A stretch of 64,000 nucleotides of DNA, from positions 56,854,001-56,918,000 of the forward strand of contig NC_083232.1 of NCBI RefSeq assembly GCF_032191835.1, in the 5' to 3' direction. The notes under the pieces are model-generated. The model searched no databases and was not told where the DNA came from. It saw only the letters and a program-made list of their open reading frames with translations. Shown in pieces: positions 24,319 to 35,953 of the stretch (position 1 is the first letter of the stretch; the number at the start of each line of letters is the position of its first letter). Made by a program: the position numbers and the translations under genes. This DNA comes from Heteronotia binoei (lineage: Eukaryota).

Positions 24319-24611
24319 TTTGATAAAAGAGTCGAAGTGAAAGTACAAAGCCTCCGCATACTCTCAAAGGAGGACACGAGGCAAGAGTTCAAGGAGATAA
24401 ATATTCACTACTGAAACTAGAGAGCGATTCAAGCAACAAATATTGCTACGTCACATAAACTAGAAAAACGCTTTTTACCAAAAGAAAAGAAAACAACAAA
24501 GTAAAATAGAGGGGGGGGGGCTAAAGTATTTTCTTTTCTTTTCTTTTCTTAAAAAAACACGTTAGAGGGAATTTTTTTTTTATGATTCACGTAGTAACTG
24601 ATGATGATATA

Positions 24612-25375
24612 TTACAGATGGGTAAGTTTGGGAGCTTCCTGAATTCTTCCCTGAGAAGGATGGTGAGAAGTAAGATCAGTGTAGGTCGGGTGTGGCTCGC
24701 AAGGTCCATGGTGATGATTGTTGCCCATTGGCCCACTGTAGTCCATATTGGTGGAAGAAGGATGAGGGAGGTGAGTCAGACCAAAGATGGAAGGACCAGA
24801 ATTTGCCATGGTATCCACATAATTGCCCCCAACATAGACGGGGCTTCCCTGTATATGCGGATTGCCATAACCATTGCCTTGGAGAGGATGAGGGTCATAT
24901 TCAGGAGTCACTGCTGCAGTTCCGGTATATCTCTTTTGAGCAGGCGGGCAGCTATTGAGAGGAGCCGGATATGACGTAGGGATGCCATAGGCATTCTGAT
25001 GAGGCTTGCTGAAGGATGGAGGTGACTGGGGCTCGTAGGGAACACTGTTTACTAGTGAATGCATAGAGTTCAGATATCCTCCAGCCGCTGGTGGGACAGG
25101 ACTTCTGCTTGGGGATTGTCCTCCAGAAGAGGTCATCATACCTTTCCCCTTCTGATCCTTTTTGTATTTCATCCTGCGGTTTTGAAACCATATTTTGATC
25201 TGTCTTTCTGTGAGATTTAGCAAGTTAGCCATCTCTACCCTTCTTGGCCTGCAAAGGTATCTATTGAAGTGAAATTCCTTTTCCAGTTCTACGAGCTGAG
25301 CACTTGTGTAAGCCGTGCGGGCTCTCTTAGATGAAGCTTGCCCAGGGGGGCTTTTATCACCAGCACAACTCTCAC
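24612..25375 (-). CDS. HOXA3: HOXA3 last coding exon (homeodomain)
   Basis: Acceptor tttgcatag|GT at 25376/25375. [61 protein letters not shown]; C-terminus [11 protein letters not shown]. Spliced CDS 493+764=1257 nt, 418 aa. Confidence 0.98.
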
Positions 25376-26176
25376 CTATGCAAATCATAACAAAGAACAA
25401 AGTGAGTATGGAGGCACCTGGACACGCAACAAAGAATCAACCTCTGTCCTACTAGCACCAACATATTGCAGGGCCTAGTGGTAAAAATGACTGTTTCATG
25501 AGTCAGATGGTCTGCTGTGTCTACCAAATGCTCAGGTTACAGTAACTCACTTAAGAAATGTATACACATTGTAGGTGTCGTTTTAGGGCCTGAGATATAA
25601 CCATTGAAAACCAATGGAAATGCAGGTCTATAGATACTTCTATTTAAAAGATAAATGCAGTGGGATATAAAGGTATAGATTTTGGGGTTACACACTGTCA
25701 GTCCCCAAACCACCAAATCAAGAGTTGTTTGCTACAGTAATTGGATTTCTTCCAAGTAATTGAATGAAAGTCCTTTTGAAGTCTGTAGGCTGAATTGTTT
25801 TGTTGCTTAGGAGATTTTAGGGAGAAAAATACTTGACACCCCCCCCCTTTTTTGAATCACATGCAAAGGTCTCATTGACCTCTGTGGGTTCTGGACACTT
25901 TACTTTCATTTCTCACATATACACTGAAAATGTAAATGTAAAATTCAGTGGTAAAAGCCATCCTCCAAAGATTTCTTTCCTCTGTGGCTTCCAACTGCCA
26001 GTTCCACAAACCAGTAACAGAGAACAGGTGAGTTAAAGATAACTGTGGCCCATGGGATTAATCTACACACAGGGCCTGGTCTACCATAAGTTTTCTCTGG
26101 AGGCAAATTTTAGGATGTCATATTAAAATAGGGTATTTTGGATCATTTAGGTTGCAATGACAATACTAAATAACAT

Positions 26177-26271
26177 ACTTTCAATCCAATTTCAATGCAC
26201 TTTCCAACTGAATTTTGCCAGTTCTCACAGTAAAATCCAGTTTAAAAGTGAACTGAAAATGGATTGAAAGT
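26177..26271. mobile_element. Putative MITE remnant in the HOXA3 coding intron
   Basis: Perfect 12-bp inverted repeat ACTTTCAATCCA / TGGATTGAAAGT with internal imperfect symmetry. Confidence 0.5.
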
Positions 26272-27657
26272 GCATCATTTCATGTGTATGATCACAGCCT
26301 TAGCGTATTTTTTTTTCATGAGAAGGAGGCACTGCTTAGGTTCCACACACACACACAACTATTTTTGGCCTTGGCTTTGTGCACCCCTCAGAGAAAGCTA
26401 AAAATGCCTAAAAGGCCCACTCAGTCCCAGGTATCCTAAACTCCTTTGGAAGTAAATTCCACTGGAATCCATGGTTTTGTTTTTTTGCAGGTTTATTATC
26501 AAGCTGTATGTATATGTTGCACAGAATTCAATGGAACAACTGTCTCTGATTGCACTTCAGTTGCCATGACCCAGAAAACTGGGATTTACTTCCAATTTGA
26601 CATGTTTAGGACTGGGCTGCCACCATTATTATTTAGATGGAACTGGGTTATGAAGGGAGGGGCAATGCTCAAAACACATAGTTTAGAGCACTGTATATAT
26701 TAAATAATAAAATATGTCAGTGTTGATTTTCCACTATAACAGCATTAGAAATGCATTGAAGAAAACATTTGCAAAAAAATTAGAATCTATTTTCTCAGCA
26801 GAAGATAAATTGAGGAAGTAAGTGGTAAACAGAAGCCAAATGCCTGGGGAGGCTGAGGCTAATACTTTTCTCATCGATTTGAGTTTTCTTATGTAATAGC
26901 ATTGTTGATAAACACCATAATCCTCCCATAATGTATTTATGGACCTGCCTACAAAGTGCTAAAGGACCCTAAGCTTTGTTTACTACTCTTCTAAGGCAGC
27001 AGCCAGTCTGTGAGCTATAATCAAAAGAAGTTATGAATATCAAACCAAGCATTGATCCTGACTGCAGATAATGATGAGCTATATTACTCCATTACACTTC
27101 AGCTAGGATAGGTCACTGTCTTGTGACTGTAAGTGCAGAGCCCTCCCTGCCCCCCCCCCCCAAGCACACAGATCCTGCTGCTGGTTGAAGGCAGGTCTAG
27201 ACCTTTGTATCTTGACATAGTTTTAAGCCAGCTGAAAGGGGAGGGATGGGCTTGTCTATGGAATGTTGAAGACTCAGAGATGGCTGTTAGGGTCATCTCA
27301 TAGTCTGCAAGGAGAAGAGCTGGGAAGCTAGTAAACTTCACATTGTGGAATAAGTAATGTAAAACCTCCTGAAGTTTCCCTTCTCACTCCTTTCTTGTGA
27401 GATGGGTGTGTTTGGTAGGGTTTTGTGTTTTTTTTAAGTATGTTTTAAACAAGAGAATCCTTGGGATCTCAAGAGGCTTTAAGTTTCAGTTCCCATGTGA
27501 AATATTTGGGGGACGTTCCAAACCTGTCTTGCCACAATGAGATACCTAGGAGTGAAGGATCCAAAGAACTGGGTGGTGGAGCTGTCTGTCTGTGTAAGTA
27601 CTTCCCTTGTTCGATAGCAATCGATCTCTTCTCCCCCTCCCCTTCCTTCTTCCATAC

Positions 27658-28150
27658 CTGAACTGGAACCGCTGTTCTTCTGCTTTGTGTTTTGTCGAGA
27701 CTCTTTCATCCAGGGGAATATTTGTTTGGACATGGTCGGCGAGTTCATGACGGAGCTCTTGGTGGCGTTGGCTGGGGTTGCATTGGTGCTGGCATTCTGA
27801 GGTGGGGACACAGAAGGGGGTGGAGGTGGCTGCGGCGGGGCCTGTTGGCTGGGAGGCTGCTGCTGCTGTTGGGGTGGCTCTGGAAGGACCGGGGGCTGGA
27901 GGGATTGGCCGGAGATGGTCCTCATGCAACTCTCATTGATTTCATTGGCCTTGTGGTGGGAGACGGCGCTGCCGCCGGCGCCGGGGGACTGTAACGAGCA
28001 GGCAGGTCGATGGTACTCTGTTTCCACCAGCGACGAAGAAGGAGGTGGAGGATATTGCTGCTGACTAGCATTGTAAGCGAAACCATTTGCTCCTTGGTAA
28101 GGATAGCCGCCATAGATCGCAGAGCTGTCGTAGTAGGTCGCTTTTTGCAT
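27658..28150 (-). CDS. HOXA3: HOXA3 first coding exon
   Basis: [18 protein letters not shown] from ATG at 28150 (the ORF track starts earlier at a TTG); hexapeptide [11 protein letters not shown]; donor CAG|GTATGG at 27658/27657 (phase 1). Confidence 0.97.
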
Positions 28151-28267
28151 TTCGTTGTTTCCCAATATTTATTTCACAAACTGACAGGGTCTTGACACCC
28201 TTAAAGAATAACATTGGCACCCCTCTGTCACGTGACGTTTTTCCTCCAATGGCCCCTCCTGGTAGAC
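28151..28267 (-). other. HOXA3 5'UTR part of the first coding exon, with E-box
   Basis: Polypyrimidine acceptor ...ccctactccctag|GTCTACC at 28268/28267; palindrome GTCACGTGAC at 28227-28236 flanked by CCATTGG and CCAATG. Confidence 0.75.
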
Positions 28268-30563
28268 CTAGGGAGTAGGGAAAGCACAGGAGAGTGAAGA
28301 AATAGTACAAATCCATCTTACTTTCAATAGCTAAGTGACATGAAAGCCATAACAGAAAAAGTGGTCAGCAATATTTAGCAGCATGACTTGGCCTGAGGCG
28401 CGGAGTGTGTTGCGACAGAAAAACTGCTTGGATTTACTGGCAGCCAGGACCGTGTGGTTTACTGCTCTCGGAGAGACCAGCTTTCTAGGATTTCCGAACT
28501 CCCCCTCCCCCCCCCCCCCACACGCGTACTGAAAATATTTTATGGTTTTCTCACAGAAAGGAACTCCTAGCTCATGTGAATCCAACAGTTCCAGTTAAGG
28601 GAGATTCCCCCCTCCCCCCATTATTACCATCGGGTTAATCGGTAGATCTTTCCTGCTACAAACTTAGAGGTCGTAATTTTGCTTCCCTTCAAAAAAGTGA
28701 TGGAAGCATAGCTGCAATTCTGAATACAATTTATTTCACAATTCATGGGCAACCCCACATTCTTGCCGTCGAGGGATTCCAGCTCGTAAAATATTTGATA
28801 GGAAGCGACGTTGTAACACATAATGGCACTCGTGTAATGAAACTGCTGATCGACTAGGGATATCTCCTTACTTCCCTATGTAATAACCAGCCAACTTCCT
28901 GAGCATAAATTAAGCTTAAATGCTGCGACCCTACCAGCGACACAAATCTGGACACTAGGATCAAAACAGCCTCCACATGAAGCCAAGTCTTCCAAACCTC
29001 CATTCTGTGTGGAAGTTTCTTTCTGTACTTTGGGGCCTATACTTAGATTACATTCTGAGGGAAGTGAAATAAATTCTTAGGGAGTCCATCAAAACCATAA
29101 GCACTTTTTAAATGTTCTTCGAAATCTCCTTCCCCTCCCCCAAGTAAGATCCCTCGAATTCTACCTGTTCAAACATGATGGATTGGGGGGAAAGCACACA
29201 CACACATACACAAACACCAGGAACCTGAAAAACCAGCGTTCATCTCCATGACCACGGCTTGAACTTTCCTACCAACTCAACGATAATAGGTTCTGTCTTT
29301 GGAACTGCTATGTAATTTGATGTATGGGGGTCATTTGGCTGCAGAGAAGCGAATGGACACACAAAACCGCAGAAGGCTCCTCCGGCCCAGGCGAATCTTT
29401 TCTGCTCACTCAACAATGTTTACCTGTCTGAGCATTGCCAGCTAGAGATGGGCTCCCATTCATGGAAATCTTATCTAGCATCTAAGAACTTTTTATAGAC
29501 TCTCCAGCGCCAGAAATTAAACGCATTTCTCCACACCTTCCCTCGCCTCTAGTCTTCCCGCTTGCACCGTCCCTTCACCATTCAGAGCAAAACACTTCTC
29601 TGCCAAGGCTCATCGCTGGAGGGGAAGTTACACAATATCATATTCTCTCTCTCTCTCTCTCTCTGTTTCAAATTAATTGTACGGGCTTGAGTTTCAATTT
29701 AGAACCTTTGAATCGAAATTAAGGCACTTTATGGGGACGAATTATTTAATCACTCTTTTACATTTGCCTGCTGCCCTTTGATTCCATTAAAAAGAGAGAG
29801 AAAAAACCCCAGTAACCAAGTCCTTCGGTGGTTATTAGTCAAGATGTGAATATGTAAGCAGGTAGAGACAACCCCAGATCGCGGATGCTGCACGGACTGA
29901 ATTCGATTGGTCCAGTCGGAAAGTAAATCGACTTTACTTTACTTTTAACTGGATGGCAGAGCCTATTGTTGCTTTCTGTTCCTTCATATTTCCGGGCTTT
30001 GAGGGGGTTGCATTTTGTATGCGTGAGTCTGGCCTATTGACTTTTCTGCAACACAACTATAAAATATAAAACCGGTGACGATTTCTAGAACCTCCTTTCC
30101 CCTCCTAGGCCGCTTAATACTCTCCTAGATCTCACGACTTGGCCCTCACCAATCATAACTGGGGGAGGGGGGGGGAGAGAATAACGCTAAAGAGTTTCAG
30201 GGAGTAAGGTAGGGTTATTCCCATTCTCAACAGCCGACACTTTCCTCCCAAAGTTCTAAGGCGTTCAGACAACTAGGGAAGGAGACCAGCAAGCCAGCTT
30301 CCGCTAAAGTCAGCGGCAAAACTCCTAGCATGGCTGTGGATTAGACCCTACATGCAACTGCACCTCCCAAGGTTAACATTTCCTCCTGATAACTCGCCTC
30401 TTGCAGATACAGCACAGCCAGTCTACAACTACAGAGGGGAAAGGGGGAGGGGGCTTGATATCTGCAAAAAGAGGCCCCAAATTAATTTGGTTTGGCAGAC
30501 ACAACCTCTTCTGGAAACTCTTGATGTTTTTATCAAAAAAAGAGATTCCGTCTGGTGCAAGGT

Positions 30564-30644
30564 AGCCCGATCCTGTGCGTGTTTACTCTGAAGTAAGTCC
30601 CATAGAGCTTGAAGGGATTCCTAGCCAGTGCTCATAGAATGGCT
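30564..30644 (+). mobile_element. Short palindromic MITE, family copy 1
   Basis: Core GTTTACTCTGAAGTAAGTCC (30581-30600) shared with the copies at 34.5 and 39.6 kb; imperfect terminal inverted repeats. Confidence 0.5.
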
Positions 30645-31280
30645 TAATGCCTTGTGGGTGCCTCGGGGTGAGTAAGGACTACATCGGTCCTTTCAAAGAA
30701 AGGTTCCGAAGTGCTTTTTTAATAAGCCGCTTGAAAGGGATGGGGGGTTGGGTGGGAGAGTTTGGCTGGATTAAGGCAAAGCAGTTCGTTCCTTCAGCCT
30801 CCCAAACAACCCCGCCCTTTCTCCCACTGTTCCGTCCGGACCCATATCCCAGGACACAGACCAAATGTTTGGACTTGTGTCGATTTAGTTCCCGGGGAAG
30901 AGGGGAGCTTGAAGGGGCCTAAAAGTTCTAGGGCCCAGCCCGTCGCCTCCCTTGGTTCGTGGACCGGAGCTCCAAAGTTTCAGGGCCCATTCCCTCGCCT
31001 CCGTTGGCCCGTGGACCAGACCTCAGACTAACACTAACCCCGAGCGTTTTTGCTGACACCCCCTCCCCCCCCCCACACACTCTAAAGAGGTTAAGCGCGA
31101 GAGCACCCCTTTCCCAGTCGCCACCCCACACTCGCCTCCACCCCCCACCCCCGCCAGCCCTCGCCTCTCCCCGCAAGATTTCCTGCTGGAGTCAGGCAAG
31201 TGGAGGGGCCAGGGGCCACCGGCCTGAACTCGAAGTGGAAAGGGTCTATCCGTCACTGCCTGGAAGGAAGCTCCAGCCTG

Positions 31281-31297
31281 TGAACTCTTCTTGAACC
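31281..31297 (-). promoter_or_regulatory. DR5 RARE upstream of HOXA3
   Basis: Minus strand GGTTCA-AGAAG-AGTTCA, a perfect DR5, with a Pbx-Hox site TGATTTATGA at 31315-31324. Matches my recollection of the conserved HOXA3 RARE. Confidence 0.85.
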
Positions 31298-34200
31298 GAG
31301 ATTTAAGTCTCTGGTCATAAATCACCAGGACATAAACTCCGCCATTCACCACTGATAGCAGCGGATTTTGTGGCCTGCTTACCTTAACTTCTGACGACTG
31401 AGGGGGAAGCCAGCATTTGCTCTGTGGAGGCTCGGCGACTGTCGCTCGCTCCCGGCCGGCCCTGGGGGCAGGACTCTGCCCCCCTCCACTGCCCCCCGCC
31501 CCCCGCCCAAGCCCCTCAGCTCCTCCGGGATGGGGACCGGCTCAACGCATCCCCACCAGCAGCCAAGACAGGAGGAGCCCTGCCTCAATCCGGAGGAGGA
31601 GGAGGGAGAGGAAGAGGACACGCGAGGGGATCTTTCTCCAGCTCGTCTCGGACCGACAGACCCCCTCCCTTCTTCCTTACCTCGCTCCAGCCCCTACCTC
31701 CACTTCCCCTCCCCTCAGGCCAGCCGCGATCAGAGAGACACCCCCCCCAACACACACACCCCGACTCAAGGAGCAAGGTCCCTCCTAACGCCGCTCTTCG
31801 AGAAAGCAGAGAATGCTTCTTCTAAAGCCTTGCACGCCCAAGGGGGCGTCCGTTGGGGGAAGGCAGCTGCCTCGGGAAGTCCGGGGGAAGCAGTCCAGCC
31901 GGCGGAGCGGGGGTGGGGGAAGGGGAGGGAGGGAGAAGAAAGAGGACGAGGGGACCGCCGGGGCGGCACCGGAGGCCGAGCGGATTATGCTAATGAAGAC
32001 CAAGGGTCCTCACAAAAGGGTCACTCTGCCCGGACCTCGCGGTTTTGGTTTTATTAATCTGACCATAATGTTGGCTGAGCTCTTGCTTGGTGGAGATGGG
32101 TTCTTCTGGGCAGGGCTGAGGGCTAAGAGGAGGGTGTTCAGGACTGGGACACCCCCTCCCCATGTTTCATAAAGAACTCTGGTCTTCCTGGCACTCTGCC
32201 AATCGGGACCCTCCTCTCCAAGGATTGAATGAGGGCATTTCGGGATGAGGAACTGGCGCACGAGAGGTACCCACGGCCAGATGCCCATGTAAGGGTCCAC
32301 CGGCTCTCAGCACCTTTCCCCGGACAGTTAACCCGCGCATGCATACCCAGGCACACCACACACATGATCAGCCGACATGCACAGTGCCAAGCTCTAAGGT
32401 CAAAGGGAGGCGTTCGCTTTGCATTGCGTTCCTAGAAACGAATGCAGGAGGCATTTAACAACTGTCAGACCCAGCTAAAGCGAATGGCCTGCCTTTTGTC
32501 TCCAGAGCAAAGGGACGCCGGGAACGACCCTCCCTAATATCTTGAAACGTAAATCTGGTCAGGGATCTAGAGGGGGGCTGCTTGTGAGTAAAACCTAAAC
32601 ACAACACAACAGAAGACAATTCTGCTGGAAACCGATGGACCTTCACAACCATCCAGACTTGGAAGGATTGTGGTTGGGGTTGGCCAAGACCCCTCGACAG
32701 CTAGACAAGTCCGCAGATTTCTTTACACCGAGAGACAATACGTCTGCAGGCATTCTTAAATATACTCACAGAGACATATGGGATATTGTGTGTGCATGTC
32801 GCTGGTGTGAACGTTTTGGTTTGGCGGACCTCGACGCTCTCGCCTTTCCGTGCTCCTTCTCTTCTTTCCCGTTTCTTTTCGTTCACCTCTCCCCCACCCG
32901 CCCCAATCCAGTCCATCCTTCAACCCGAGTTCACCTAACGGCGGCCAGCGGAATGCCTCTGGGTCCCAAGAAAGCCGGGCCACAGAGGAGGGGGGATGCT
33001 CCAAAAGCCACACAAAAGAAGCCGCTTGGCGCGCAGCACGTTCAAAGGAACCTCCGGATAATGCCTAGGTGTGAAATTGACAGGACTTCGTTACCCGAAG
33101 GTGTTAAAAGTACAAAGCGCCGCTGGCAACCGCAATGTCACCTTAAAGCCAAAACAAACCCAAAGGGGGGAGGGGACTTTTTTTTAAAAAAGGAACCCAC
33201 AAGCACTCTAAGGCCAGGGTGGCCTCTTATGCATACCAAGGCTTTTTTTTTTTTGTCATTTATGGCTCGGCAAGATTTATGACTTCACGCAGCCAAGCTG
33301 TAAACAGAGCGCCACAACAGAAACACTTGCTCCTCGTAGCACATTGCGGTGTCTCAACATGAAAAGAGAAGCAAAGCAGCGTAGGAGGGCGGGGCGGGGG
33401 AAGAAGGGGCCAAAATCCACTGGTAGGCATTTTTCGCTACAAACGACCCCTTGAAAGTTGCGCGGGATGAAAACGCCCCTTTTGTCAATAATCAACCCCG
33501 CACTTTCTTTCTTCTGGAAACTGCTGATGTGACTTTCTTCGTTTTTTGACACTCCCCCCCCCCCTTAAAAAAAAGAAGAAGAAGAAGGAGCCCGGAGCCG
33601 GTTCAGCAGCAGTGAAAGGAGGGGTGGGGTCCCTCTCCTGAGCCACATCCGAGAGAGGGTTGCGCCTTCCAGTCCCCCACAGCCCCCGGACCACAAACGC
33701 AGGGGATTCCAGCCGGCCGTGGCGAGCTTTCCAAGGACTCCGAGATGTTTTTGTTCTGAGTACGTCTCATGTTCTGATGCTCAGATAAGGTTTGATTTCA
33801 CCCTCCGAGCAAAGGAAGGTAGACAATTTGTCGCTTTCAGGAACAGGCAGTTGTAAGGCCCCGGGTCTGAAATGCGAGGGTCTCTTGCAATAATACCGGA
33901 GGGGTGCTCTTCTCCCCCCTCTCTCTCTCTTCCCGTTTAGTTTTAATACTTCTGGGGCGCAATATGAGGGCTTGGTCTCTTTTCTTAACCCTTTTGACTC
34001 TTTAACAAATATGGATGTCGTTGGATTTTAACGGAAGGCGCCTCCGCGTTTCTGCCCCTCGAAGTGACTACGGTAATTGGACTGTGGCGGCTGGAAGCAG
34101 AACTCCATAGATCTAAGAGGGCTTCCTGGAAGGGGGGATTTGATATTCTTTTCTGAAGCGACCCCTTCCAAACACCCTTTTGCAACCTGGGGCAGGAGGC

Positions 34201-34479
34201 TGCTCTATCAGCACCACCACCCCATCCCACGTTTTGATTCAATAATGAAGATTAACCCCATCAATTCTTTTCTGGACTGAAACCCTTCAAACCCCACTGA
34301 TCTCCGCAAACACTGACGGGACTTTGGGTGCCGAAAATGGAGGAAACGGTTCCAAGTAACTGGGAGAGAAGTCGGCGGTGGGGAAATTGTCCAGAGCTGG
34401 TATCCTTACAGGGAGAGGAGCCATGAGATTGGCTGAGATTTTGAATAGACTGCCAGTCCCAAACGCCTCATAGGGAGAA

Positions 34480-34560
34480 GCATGCCTTGTTTACTCGGAA
34501 GTAAGTGCCACTGAATTCAGTGAGGCGCTTATTTCTCAGTAGGTGTCTTCAGGTTCGCTG
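34480..34560 (+). mobile_element. Short palindromic MITE, family copy 2
   Basis: Core GTTTACTCGGAAGTAAGTGCC (34489-34509), then a perfect central palindrome CACTGAATTCAGTG (34509-34522). Confidence 0.5.
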
Positions 34561-35782
34561 TCCCAGAACTATAGCTCGCTGGAAGAAAACGGTTTTTGTC
34601 CCGATCACGGATTAGTTTACAGGTACCCACATAGTCGCCGATGGCACTCGGTTTTCTGATTTACTCAGCGTATACTGAGGGTTTACAGACGATTCCCTCT
34701 TCACTTTCCCTCACCGAGCCTTCGCCCCCCCCCCCCCACCTTTCTAGGCTTAGGAGAGGAAAGGATCAGGACACTCTCGTTTATGGCTGTTTTAACTGGG
34801 TCAAAATACTCCAGAACTGGGTCATAAATCATAAGGAACGATGACACAGTAATTGAGCAGCAATTAAAGCTTACACTGTATTGTATTTGTTTCCAAGCCC
34901 AGGTCGGCCTAGTGGAAATCTGGGATTTCCCCTCCAAAAGGATGTTTTGAAGCCCTACTTAACTATATTTAATTGCAAATTTTAGAAAAGAGGCAAGTGA
35001 TGTTTTTAAATTGCTGTTTTATTTTGCCGTCTGATTAGGGAAGGGGGCGGGGGAAGGTTCCTTTTGCGTCGCGGCATTAGAGGCGCTATCAGGAAGGATT
35101 GAATTGCCATAACATTCTCGGCAAGGAAAGTTTTATTTCTAAGAGTTCCAACCTTTTCCTCCAGAAATCTATCCCAAAACTGAACAATTGCAATTTGGGA
35201 AGAGGGGAAAAAACAACAAAACCCCAGGCATATCGGCGCGTAGGCGAGAGCTCAGCCCCAGCCCACTGGCCACATAAATCAAAAATCAGCACTCTGACCT
35301 TTCGCAATGCTGGGACTCAGTGGTGGATGTAATTTTATATAACATTTGTCTCCTTGTATAACACAAGCAGGGCTTTCATTATTTCCCCCTCCCCCGGTTA
35401 TTTAGTGCACATTTCCCTCCATAAAGCTGAAGAAATAAGAGGTTAAGACACGGTGATCAGTATAGGCAATCTAAGGAGAAATGTAAACCTTTATGTAAAG
35501 GGAGGGGGAGACAGATGAATGCGCCCCTTTTCCTTTCCAGATCTCTGACTGTACAAACAACACACACACATACCCCAGTATCTCCTGGGTTATTCGGAGG
35601 CTTGGAGTGGGCCCTTTTAATCCAGTCTCCGAAACAACATTGGATTTTAGCTAGCAGAAATAGGCAGAAGGGGCAGTTTCTCCACCGAAATTGTCAAGGT
35701 GTTGGCGGCGCACGTAACCCCCCCCCCCATATACCACTAAGCATCATAAATAAAATGGCAGCAGAAATGCATACTCATCGAT

Positions 35783-35953
35783 NNNNNNNNNNNNNNNNNN
35801 NNNNNNNNNNNNNNNNNNNNNNNNNNNNNNNNNNNNNNNNNNNNNNNNNNNNNNNNNNNNNNNNNNNNNNNNNNNNNNNNNNNNNNNNNNNNNNNNNNNN
35901 NNNNNNNNNNNNNNNNNNNNNNNNNNNNNNNNNNNNNNNNNNNNNNNNNNNNN
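35783..35953. other. Assembly gap
   Basis: Run of N. Confidence 0.99.
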
